Source: a candidate division WWE3 bacterium UBA1379 (GTDB lineage Bacteria > Patescibacteriota > WWE3 > UBA101185 > UBA10185). From it: DNA of 64,000 bases. Positions within the stretch are counted from its first letter, which is position 1; each line of letters begins with the position of its first letter. Positions 20,401 to 30,476 of this stretch are shown here, piece after piece. A model generated the notes under the pieces. The model was not told the origin of the DNA and searched no databases. It saw only the letters and a program-made list of their open reading frames with translations. The translations under genes and the position numbers were made by a program. The stretch spans positions 13,360 to 77,359 of the forward strand of contig DBRB01000003.1 of assembly GCA_002305475.1 (NCBI GenBank). Direction: 5' to 3'.

Positions 20401-20534
20401 AGAACTTCATAATATTACCATATTTTAAGGGTTAATGTGTAGGTTTTTATCTAATATTAAAGGAAAAACCACTCCCCTATCCCCTGCTCTATCCATTGTG
20501 TCCCGTTTTTCATTTACAGTCTTGACAATAAAAG

Positions 20535-20562
20535 AACAGGCTTCCGAATCCGAAAGCCTGTT
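20535..20562 (-). terminator. Terminator after hppA
   Basis: AACAGGCTT...AAGCCTGTT with an adjacent A-run. Confidence 0.65.
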
Positions 20563-20587
20563 ACCCCGTTTACGTTACGTTTATTGC

Positions 20588-22612
20588 TTAGGCACCGATC
20601 AAAGCCATGACCAGAGGGGCTACCAAAAGAGCCACAATCTGGACAATCTTCATCATCGGGTTAAGAGCCGGACCTGAGGTATCTTTTAATGGATCTCCCA
20701 CAGTGTCACCTACAACTGCTGCTTTGTGCGATACTCCGCCTTTTCCGCCGAAGTTACCGTCTTCAACATACTTTTTAGCGTTATCCCATGCACCGCCGGT
20801 ATTACACATGAAAAATGCCAGCATTAATCCGACTACCACCGTACCGCCCAAAAATCCTCCCAGGGATTCTGCGCCTAAAAGACCTGCAACTACAGGAGCA
20901 AGTACTACTATAAGTGCTGGTATTACCAGCTCTTTCTGAGCAGCAGAAGTGACAATATCCACTGCTTTTGAGTAATCAGGTTTGTTAGTTCCTTCCATGA
21001 TTCCGGGTATTTCTCTGAATTGTCTTCTTACTTCTTCAACCACGCTAAATGCTGCACGGCCTACTGAACCGACTAATCTGGAGCTGAACAGGAAGGGTAA
21101 TGCGCCACCCAAAAGCACTCCTACAAATACTTTCGGTTCGGCAATATCAATGGTTGATAATCCGGTGGTTTCAAAGTATGTAGCAAACAAAGAGCTTGCT
21201 GCAACTGCAGCGGATCCGACTGCAAATCCCTTTGTTAAGGCTTTTGTAGTATTACCTACAGCATCAAGACCGCTGGTAACTTCAGCTGCTTTACCTGATA
21301 AACCTCCCATTTCTACCAGTCCCTGAGCATTATCGGAGATTGGTCCGAATGTATCCAATGCCATGATAATTCCGGTGGTAGCAAGCATACCCATACCAAC
21401 TAATGAAATTCCGTAAAAACCAAGTAGTGAATATCCGACCATGATTGAAATGGCAACAACCACCACGGATACAAAGGTGGATTCCATTCCGTATCCCAGA
21501 CCTGAAATCAGGTTAGTTCCCGCACCGGTCTGAGAGGATGATGCAATAGCCACAACTGGCTTTTCCCCGGGTCCGGTGTAGTACTTAGTGATATACAAAA
21601 GAGCCATCATGGCCACAATACCTGCAATTGCCGCATATCCTGCCCTTGGTTCTTGTAATAAGTACACTGCCAGTCCTATGAATATTACGATGGCAGAAGC
21701 TGCGGAAATAATAAATCCTCTGATTAAAGGTTTAATAGGATCTTCCTGGTCATTTTTTGCCTTAACGAAAAATGTTCCAAGAATAGAGGTAATGATGGCA
21801 CCTGATCGTGCTAGAAGCGGGAAAACCACTCCGGGAAGACCGAACAAAGCACCTCCTAAAATCATAGCGGCAACAATCGTTAATGCATAAGATTCAAAGA
21901 CATCTGCTGCCATACCGGCACAGTCTCCGACATTATCTCCTACATTATCGGCAATCACGGCAGGATTTCTGGGATCATCTTCAGGAATCCCCTGCTCTAC
22001 TTTACCAACTAGATCAGCACCTACATCAGCGGCTTTAGTGAAAATCCCACCTCCGACTCTCATAAAAAGTGCTAACAGTGCAGCACCAAAACCGTATCCG
22101 ACTAAAACATCGGTAGCATGTTCAGCTACAGCTTCAGCACCTTCTGATATAAAGGAAAAATAAGACCAAACGTAGATTAAGGAAACACCTAAAAGTCCCA
22201 GACCTACCACCAGCATTCCATTGACCGTACCAGCCCCGAATGCCACTTTAAGTGCAGGATTTAATCCTTGTAATGCGCTATTTGCAGTTCTGACGTTTGC
22301 TTTAACAGCAACCCACATCCCTGCGTAACCGATAATTCCGCTGAATACAGCACCTAATAAAAAGGTAGCAGCAGTACCAATATTGATTCCTATGGCAATT
22401 AGAACTGTCAAAACTGCCATGATAGGTATAACTATTTTAAACTGGCGTCTTAAATACGCCATTGCACCGTCACTGATTGCTGTTGCAATATTTTGTAACT
22501 CCTGGCTTCCGGCATCCTGTTTAACAATTTGTTTAACAAGGTAATAGCCGTAAGCTAAAGCAATCAAGGCGGTCAAAGGAGCAGTGAAGAGTGCGATTAG
22601 TTGTATGTCCAT
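20588..22612 (-). CDS. hppA: Membrane-bound proton-translocating pyrophosphatase, predicted K+-independent
   Basis: GGGIFTKAADVGADLVGKVE, DNVGDNVGD, GNTTKA (Lys form), GDTVGDPLKDTSGP. SD GGAGGT precedes MDIQL. Confidence 0.96.
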   Translation of the reverse strand: MDIQLIALFTAPLTALIALAYGYYLVKQIVKQDAGSQELQNIATAISDGAMAYLRRQFKIVIPIMAVLTVLIAIGINIGTAATFLLGAVFSGIIGYAGMWVAVKANVRTANSALQGLNPALKVAFGAGTVNGMLVVGLGLLGVSLIYVWSYFSFISEGAEAVAEHATDVLVGYGFGAALLALFMRVGGGIFTKAADVGADLVGKVEQGIPEDDPRNPAVIADNVGDNVGDCAGMAADVFESYALTIVAAMILGGALFGLPGVVFPLLARSGAIITSILGTFFVKAKNDQEDPIKPLIRGFIISAASAIVIFIGLAVYLLQEPRAGYAAIAGIVAMMALLYITKYYTGPGEKPVVAIASSSQTGAGTNLISGLGYGMESTFVSVVVVAISIMVGYSLLGFYGISLVGMGMLATTGIIMALDTFGPISDNAQGLVEMGGLSGKAAEVTSGLDAVGNTTKALTKGFAVGSAAVAASSLFATYFETTGLSTIDIAEPKVFVGVLLGGALPFLFSSRLVGSVGRAAFSVVEEVRRQFREIPGIMEGTNKPDYSKAVDIVTSAAQKELVIPALIVVLAPVVAGLLGAESLGGFLGGTVVVGLMLAFFMCNTGGAWDNAKKYVEDGNFGGKGGVSHKAAVVGDTVGDPLKDTSGPALNPMMKIVQIVALLVAPLVMALIGA

Positions 22613-22765
22613 GTCATACCTCCTTTTTTCCTTACGGAAATACTCTAAATAAAATAAATAAAATTCTCGGACTTTATGCCCGAGGTAATTTCCCAAAACT
22701 GGAAAATATTAGCAGTGTCATTATACATTAGGATGGCTGAATATCAACATAAAACAAGATGGAAA

Positions 22766-22796
22766 GAAAAAACCCGGCTTTAAAACCGGGTTTTTC
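22766..22796. terminator. Bidirectional terminator
   Basis: AAAAACCCGG...CCGGGTTTTT. Confidence 0.75.
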
Positions 22797-22833
22797 TCAT
22801 ATATGCAATATATCTATTATTTCATTTTGCTTT

Positions 22834-23088
22834 TTAGAAAGCTCTGGACAGTGCTCTACCAATCAGTATAAGCACTACTGCTCCGATCAGGGCTACTATA
22901 ATGCTGTATATATTAAAACCAGTAACCCCCGGCTGACCAAAAAAATCCATCAGCAGTCCTCCGGTTAAAGCTCCCAGCGTACCTAGGATGATATCTCCTA
23001 AGAGTCCCTGCTGCGAATTAGTTTTCATCAGTACGGAGGCCAGCCAGCCCACTAAGGCTCCGAAAATTAAGAATACTATGATGTTCAT
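22834..23088 (-). CDS. GlsB/YeaQ/YmgE (transglycosylase-associated) stress membrane protein
   Basis: LIFGALVGWLAS...GLLGDIILG..GA..GG...SIIVALIGAVVL; SD AGGAGGTG. Confidence 0.9.
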   Translation of the reverse strand: MNIIVFLIFGALVGWLASVLMKTNSQQGLLGDIILGTLGALTGGLLMDFFGQPGVTGFNIYSIIVALIGAVVLILIGRALSRAF

Positions 23089-23141
23089 TCACATCACCTC
23101 CTTCGCCTTATATCCATCCTATGAAAACCTATTTAAATACC

Positions 23142-23169
23142 AATTAGAGGATTGTAATTGAACTGTAAG
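23142..23169 (-). promoter_or_regulatory. 11-bp-phased OmpR/PhoP-family box
   Basis: Plus strand AATTAG-N5-TGTAAT-N5-TGTAAG. Confidence 0.55.
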
Positions 23170-23240
23170 GTCAGCGGATTTAATAAACTACATATAGATA
23201 ACTATTGAAATATTAATCATGATTAAGTATATTCAATCGT

Positions 23241-23450
23241 ATGGATATAGAATTGGTGTTGAAGGTTCGAAAAATAATTCATGATATTAATTCCCCCCTT
23301 ACTTCCGTAATTGGGTATTCTCAGTTGCTTGAACGAAAACTTCCTGAAGGAAAAGAAAAAGAGTGGTCGCGGAAACTTCATGAAGATTCACTAAGATTAA
23401 AAGATTTAATGCTTGAGTTATCTGATACTGTACCCAAACCCTCTGATTGA
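23241..23450 (+). CDS. Stand-alone HisKA/DHp-domain microprotein
   Basis: H-box IIHDINSPLTSVIGYSQLL followed by a second helix; no HATPase domain. Confidence 0.8.
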   Translation: MDIELVLKVRKIIHDINSPLTSVIGYSQLLERKLPEGKEKEWSRKLHEDSLRLKDLMLELSDTVPKPSD

Positions 23451-24086
23451 ATGGATTAGTTTCTTTTTGAATCCCTTATCCACTTTTTTTCTCAGATAGC
23501 TTATATATACATCCACTACTCTTGTTTCAATATCAAATGAATTCGGCCAGATTCTGTTTAACAGTGTTTCTCTGGATAATACCTTTTCCCTGTTGTTCAT
23601 TAAATGTTCCAGAAGTTTGTATTCCTGCGGTGTAAGCTCAATTTTTCTTGATCCCCGTTTGACCTCCATAGTATCCGTATTGATCTGAAGGTCTTCCACT
23701 TTAAGTATATTATTTTCCGGTTGGTTCTCTTTTAGGCGTGCCTTTACCCTCAGCAAAAGTTCTTCTGAGATAAACGGTTTAGTAACGTAATCATCTGCTC
23801 CGGTTTCAAAAGCATTAATTTTATCCATAGGAGTATTCTTACCGGTTAGAATAATAATAGGTAAAGTCGGCCATTCCTTTTTAATCTGCATCAGAACAGA
23901 CTCACCTTTTACCAGAGGAAGTCCCAGATCCAAAATTACTAGATCAGGTCTGATTCGTTCAATTACTTCCACGGCTTTGGTTCCATCATCCAGAGTTTTA
24001 ACGGAATAACTTTCTTCGACGAATAATTCTTTCAGGTATTCCTGGAGATTCTTATCGTCTTCGATTACTAGAAGTGTTTTGTTCAT
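23418..24086 (-). CDS. OmpR/PhoB-family response regulator
   Basis: Receiver domain plus winged helix (LTPQEYKLL, SRETLLNRIW, VDVYISYLRKK, IRGFGY). Confidence 0.95.
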   Translation of the reverse strand: MNKTLLVIEDDKNLQEYLKELFVEESYSVKTLDDGTKAVEVIERIRPDLVILDLGLPLVKGESVLMQIKKEWPTLPIIILTGKNTPMDKINAFETGADDYVTKPFISEELLLRVKARLKENQPENNILKVEDLQINTDTMEVKRGSRKIELTPQEYKLLEHLMNNREKVLSRETLLNRIWPNSFDIETRVVDVYISYLRKKVDKGFKKKLIHSIRGFGYSIR

Positions 24087-24157
24087 AGGCGCATAATATT
24101 ACAATAAATAGTTAATTTCAATTTTATACAGACTTTAATCTTTCAATATATTCATAT

Positions 24158-24189
24158 AAAAACACATCCCCAATAACGGGGATATGTTT
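24158..24189 (-). terminator. Intrinsic terminator
   Basis: Minus strand AAACATATCCCC-loop-GGGGATGTG followed by TTTTT. Confidence 0.65.
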
Positions 24190-24358
24190 CTGGTCGCTCT
24201 ATATTTTTTATAGGTAATATTAATTACCATGGTATCTCTCGACACCTTTTATATGCTCTCACTTCCTTGCTGAGAACACATCATCGTAAAGTTGATGTAT
24301 CTCAACCGTACATTTGAAAAATGCGGTTAAGCAGATTTCATCTGTATAGTGAAGATTA
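24158..24358 (-). ncRNA. Candidate ~200-nt sRNA
   Basis: Lies between phased boxes plus a TAACAT -10 and an intrinsic terminator; no convincing ORF. Confidence 0.35.
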
Positions 24359-24378
24359 TCTATATGTTAAAAGCACTG

Positions 24379-24417
24379 AATTAAGGTGGTGTGATACAAA
24401 TGTTAAAAATATGTTAT
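24379..24417 (-). promoter_or_regulatory. Four 11-bp-phased PhoP/WalR-like hexamers
   Basis: Plus strand AATTAA-N5-TGTGAT-N5-TGTTAA-N5-TGTTAT. Confidence 0.65.
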
Positions 24418-24440
24418 AAAGGAAACGTTGTTATAGCGCA

Positions 24441-26087
24441 TTATTTCAGGCATGGTAGAAAAACATAGAAGGTACTGCCTTCGCCCAGATCACTTTCCAC
24501 CCAGATATTTCCTTTATGAGCGGAAGCTATTGCTTTTGAAATAAACAACCCCAAACCCAATCCGAAAGTTTTTTGAGTATTTCCTCCGTTTGCCCGGTAG
24601 AAAAGATCAAAAATATGGTTGAGATGCTTTTTCTCTATTCCGATTCCGAAATCTCTGATGGAAATTGTTATGCCACTTTTATCTAGTGATGTGTTAATGA
24701 CCACTTTATCCGCATTCTCAGAATATTTAATTGCATTGTTTAGCAGATTCGATAAAAGATGCGAGATTCTTTTTTCGTCAACATCAACTATACAATCCTC
24801 TTTATTTTCATATATTATTTGGTGGGTGGGATTAATAGGTTGAATGGTGCTGATTACTTTTTTCACCACATCTTTAATATTGATTTTCTGGGTATTAATT
24901 TCCAGACCTCCCGATTTAATTTTTGTAACGTCCAGAAGATCATTTACCAGATCGGACATATCATCAGTTAAGGTATTAATTTTATCGAGATATTCCACAA
25001 ATTCCTCAAGCTCAAGTTTTTTTGCTTTCTGGGTCATGATCTGTGTAAATGCTTTTACTCCGGTCAATGGTGTTTTTAATTCATGGGTTGCGATACCCAT
25101 CCATAAGTCTTTTTGTTTTTCCATGTAGTATCGTTCTGTGACATCCCTTACTATTCCGATTCGTTCTATTGTGCCATCCTGATGCTGAATGGTTTTTTCC
25201 ATTACTTCCCCTACCAGATCTTCATCTCCCTGTTTTTCAATATTAGCTTCCAGAAATACTTCACCTCCGGAGTTTCTTTGTTCATCCAGTAGGTGTTTAA
25301 CATGCGTCCTATCATCCGGACAAATAATACTGATAAAAGGTTTTCCGATCAGATGCTCCCTTTTCACACCTGTAAGAACTTCCGCAGTAGGATTAAGAGA
25401 AGTAATGATGTTTTTTTCATTTAATGTATAGACCATTGCCGGTGCGACTTCAGCTAAGGTCTTTGATCTTTCTTCACTATGCAGAAGCTTAATATCCGTT
25501 TTTACTTTTTTAATATAGTGGCTGATGTGGGTTTCTAGGATTTTGGTTATTTCCATCAGTTCTTTATCTGATTTTGATCGTTTATTGCCGAGGAATTCAA
25601 TTGCTCCTTGTACTTCTTTACCTACATATAAAGGTACAACAAATGCGGTATTTAAATTCAGACTTCTTGCGGGAATAGCCCGGGCTTTACTGGCAGTGTG
25701 GGTAAAGTTTCCAGTCCATTTCGGTTTTCTGGTAAGTACCGCTTTTCCGATACTGCCTTCGCCGGGAGTAAACACGCGTTGTTTAGTGGCTCTTATAAAC
25801 TCAGTATTCTCAAATTCAGGTAAATACCAACCGGTTGTATAAACAATGTTGCTATCATCTCCGCACATCCATAAAAAGACGCTCTTCCATCGATAACTTT
25901 TGCCCAGGATTTTAATAATCCTGTTAAGAGTATCCTCCATGTTGCTGCCATAAGCGAAAGCTTTGGTAATCTGACTGAGAATTCGGAGTTTCTTTTTGGC
26001 ATTTTTCAGCTCGACAATACTAGAGTGTTCGTCTTTCTTTTTTGTCCCCTCAATATTTTGACGAGCTTTCAGATCTGTTAAGCTCAT
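24441..26087 (-). CDS. Cytoplasmic GAF-PAS sensor histidine kinase
   Basis: GAF domain (PGEGSIG), PAS domain, H-box ATHELKTPLT, NLLNNAIKYS, DFGIGI, GLGLGL, GEGSTF; no TM segment. Confidence 0.93.
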   Translation of the reverse strand: MSLTDLKARQNIEGTKKKDEHSSIVELKNAKKKLRILSQITKAFAYGSNMEDTLNRIIKILGKSYRWKSVFLWMCGDDSNIVYTTGWYLPEFENTEFIRATKQRVFTPGEGSIGKAVLTRKPKWTGNFTHTASKARAIPARSLNLNTAFVVPLYVGKEVQGAIEFLGNKRSKSDKELMEITKILETHISHYIKKVKTDIKLLHSEERSKTLAEVAPAMVYTLNEKNIITSLNPTAEVLTGVKREHLIGKPFISIICPDDRTHVKHLLDEQRNSGGEVFLEANIEKQGDEDLVGEVMEKTIQHQDGTIERIGIVRDVTERYYMEKQKDLWMGIATHELKTPLTGVKAFTQIMTQKAKKLELEEFVEYLDKINTLTDDMSDLVNDLLDVTKIKSGGLEINTQKINIKDVVKKVISTIQPINPTHQIIYENKEDCIVDVDEKRISHLLSNLLNNAIKYSENADKVVINTSLDKSGITISIRDFGIGIEKKHLNHIFDLFYRANGGNTQKTFGLGLGLFISKAIASAHKGNIWVESDLGEGSTFYVFLPCLK

Positions 26088-26138
26088 AATTGGAGTTTAC
26101 CACATGATTTTTTATGAATATAGAAATGCGGCATATAA

Positions 26139-26660
26139 CTATATGTTTAATTTCATTTGATCTATATGTTTTGCTCCATGCTTTTCCAAAACATTTTTCA
26201 CTTCTGTTTCATTTCCTGGACTGGGAACCACCATCAATAAAATATCTCCTTGTTTAATTCTTTCTTCCATCACTCTGGCCTGTACATCATCAACACCGAT
26301 ACCTTTTAATGCACCCAGTAGTCCTCCAGCCAAAGCTCCGGTAATTGCTCCTGATGCTGTAGATGCAGCCGCACCAGTGATACCAAAAGCTGCAGCTAGT
26401 GGGCCGGCAATAAACAAAGCACCTATTCCGGGAATCGCTAAAGCACCGATCCCCACCAACAGACCCACAATCCCGCCGACAATTCCTCCTGTTTTTGCTC
26501 CTGTTTTAATATCTTCTCCCGTCTGGCTGTTCATCTTTACATTATCTTCCTTAGTAATCACTGAAACATCTGCTTCCGTGTATCCTGCATTTGCAAGTTC
26601 CTGAAGTGCCATATTTGCAAGTTCCGCACTTCCAAATAGTCCGACAATTGTATCCTTCAT
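26139..26660 (-). CDS. General stress protein (YflT/17M-like with glycine zipper)
   Basis: VGLF...A..A...L...GY...DVSVI, GA..GG..GG..GLL.G.GAL.IPG.G...AGP; SD AGGAGG. Confidence 0.85.
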   Translation of the reverse strand: MKDTIVGLFGSAELANMALQELANAGYTEADVSVITKEDNVKMNSQTGEDIKTGAKTGGIVGGIVGLLVGIGALAIPGIGALFIAGPLAAAFGITGAAASTASGAITGALAGGLLGALKGIGVDDVQARVMEERIKQGDILLMVVPSPGNETEVKNVLEKHGAKHIDQMKLNI

Positions 26661-26681
26661 ATTAGTCCTCCTTAAATTAAT

Positions 26682-27098
26682 TTAATTTTCATCTGATTGG
26701 ATTTCTTTTCGAAGTGCCGCCAATATATTTTCGATAGTGGCCAGCGCCTCGGCTGAACCATTTCTTAACTGTTGTTCCAGCTGATTTAATTGAAATTCCA
26801 CACTGGGATCAATATTTAATTCTCTTGCTTCCTGTCTGATTTCACTTAATAGATTTCGTGTTTCATCAGTGACGTCATTATTCTGAATATCCGATTCGAT
26901 TTGGATTAATTTTCTTTGTATATCAAGTGTATTAATGGTTTCCTCTATATTCTGTTGCGCCTCTCCGAAAATACTTCCCGCTTCATTTGTTATATTCCGT
27001 CCGGTGCGATTATATGCTTCTACTGCTACCAATATCGCAATGACACTGACGATCAGTGCACCTATGGATAATAACGTATGGGTTGATTTTTGATTCAT
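26682..27098 (-). CDS. Membrane-anchored helical hypothetical protein
   Basis: N-terminal TM, AYNRTG motif, coiled coil; SD GGAGGTG. Confidence 0.75.
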   Translation of the reverse strand: MNQKSTHTLLSIGALIVSVIAILVAVEAYNRTGRNITNEAGSIFGEAQQNIEETINTLDIQRKLIQIESDIQNNDVTDETRNLLSEIRQEARELNIDPSVEFQLNQLEQQLRNGSAEALATIENILAALRKEIQSDEN

Positions 27099-27147
27099 AA
27101 CAACTCACCTCCTCATGGGTTAGGATGGGTTAATAATATAAAGGGAT

Positions 27148-27186
27148 AATTAAAAGGCAGTTTATCAGTTGTTATAACTAAGTTAA
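27148..27186 (-). promoter_or_regulatory. Four 11-bp-phased PhoP/WalR-like hexamers
   Basis: Plus strand AATTAA-N5-AGTTTA-N5-TGTTAT-N5-AGTTAA, directly upstream of a TATATT -10 on the minus strand. Confidence 0.6.
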
Positions 27187-27207
27187 TGATGAAATGTTGG
27201 ATTAGCG

Positions 27208-27609
27208 TTACTGCTGAGCCTTTGTAAATGAACTGACGGTTTCCACTAGCTCGGTTAGCTCAAATGGTTTTCTGATGTAATCATCGGCTTTACTCTCTTT
27301 TATTTCATCTGTAGAGCAATTGTTTGCAGACATCAAAACGATATTCAGATCTCTGTTTTCGGATTTAAGTATTCTGGCAATTTCTCTGCCATCTTCATTA
27401 CCCAATACAATATCTAAAAGAATTAAATGCGGAGAATAGTTTTTAAGACAGGTCAAAAGAGTCTGTGAATCTTCAAATACCGTTGTCTGATAACCTTCTT
27501 CCTCAAGAATGATTTTTATAGCTTCTTTTATAGATGGATCGTCATCAACAATCCAAACAGTCTTCTTATAGTTAAGATTATTAGAATCCGATTTCATGTC
27601 TGAGCACAT
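27208..27609 (-). CDS. Single-domain response regulator
   Basis: WIVDDD, LLDIVL, VLMSA, YIRKPF. Confidence 0.92.
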   Translation of the reverse strand: MCSDMKSDSNNLNYKKTVWIVDDDPSIKEAIKIILEEEGYQTTVFEDSQTLLTCLKNYSPHLILLDIVLGNEDGREIARILKSENRDLNIVLMSANNCSTDEIKESKADDYIRKPFELTELVETVSSFTKAQQ

Positions 27610-27643
27610 ACTAATAATTTTATTACTCTTTACTTTTTTTCAC

Positions 27644-27671
27644 AGTTAAGAATCTGTTAGAAATATATTAA
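27644..27671 (-). promoter_or_regulatory. 11-bp-phased PhoP/WalR-like hexamers
   Basis: Plus strand AGTTAA-N5-TGTTAG-N5-TATTAA. Confidence 0.55.
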
Positions 27672-27716
27672 AGGAGTTTTATCCATTGTAAAAGGTATAG
27701 GTGCAGGAAATAACCT

Positions 27717-29777
<2,061 letters not shown>

Positions 29778-29804
29778 TTATATTATTGTCTAACATTTTA
29801 GTAT

Positions 29805-30476
29805 ATGAATAAAGTACGCCCTGTCCTATTTTTTGTAATTATTCTTGGTTTAATCTCAATATTAGGTATCCTATATATAGTATATTTCAGAGTGGCAGAA
29901 ATTGATCCTAATGCTGCAAATCCATTTGCACAAAAGGTAGACTATGAGAAAATCTTTAAGGATATAAAAGATGAAGATATGATAATAACCTATGTGACTC
30001 CATCTCTCTATCGTGCAGATTCTATTGAGACTAAAGGGATAGTGGTAATTACTACCGGTGAGTTATATGATCTTGATATTCAGGAAGCAAGCAGTGGTAC
30101 AACAATTGCTAAGGCACGGGTGGCGAAAACCGTCACCAAAGATCCGTCAGGAAATATAATTCCGATCGAATGGATCGTTTCATTATATCCAATTGATAAT
30201 AATACAGAAAATTACCTGGACGGAGTATTGAGCAGTTTTCTTACGATAAATAAAAAATCTTCATTGGAAGAGAATTTTATCAATGGAAACTTATGGATAT
30301 TTAGGCCCTACATTCCTTTTGAGAATCTTGAAGTTGATGAAAGACTAAAGAATCTAGCCGTTGCATATTATGGTGATGAGACATTTCTCAGGGATATTTT
30401 TTATGATAAATATTTAAAAGAAATTAAAAAACCGATTATTTTGTCAGGTGTTGATCAATTTCAATCTTATGAATAG
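29805..30476 (+). CDS. Membrane-anchored hypothetical protein
   Basis: N-terminal TM helix; first gene of the adhesin operon. Confidence 0.7.
   Translation: MNKVRPVLFFVIILGLISILGILYIVYFRVAEIDPNAANPFAQKVDYEKIFKDIKDEDMIITYVTPSLYRADSIETKGIVVITTGELYDLDIQEASSGTTIAKARVAKTVTKDPSGNIIPIEWIVSLYPIDNNTENYLDGVLSSFLTINKKSSLEENFINGNLWIFRPYIPFENLEVDERLKNLAVAYYGDETFLRDIFYDKYLKEIKKPIILSGVDQFQSYE

Noticed and set aside
20473-20485. KOPS motif (GGGGATAGGGG on the minus strand)
   Set aside because: It points toward the dif candidate but does not match GGGNAGGG exactly, and a single instance is uninformative without a genome-wide skew count.
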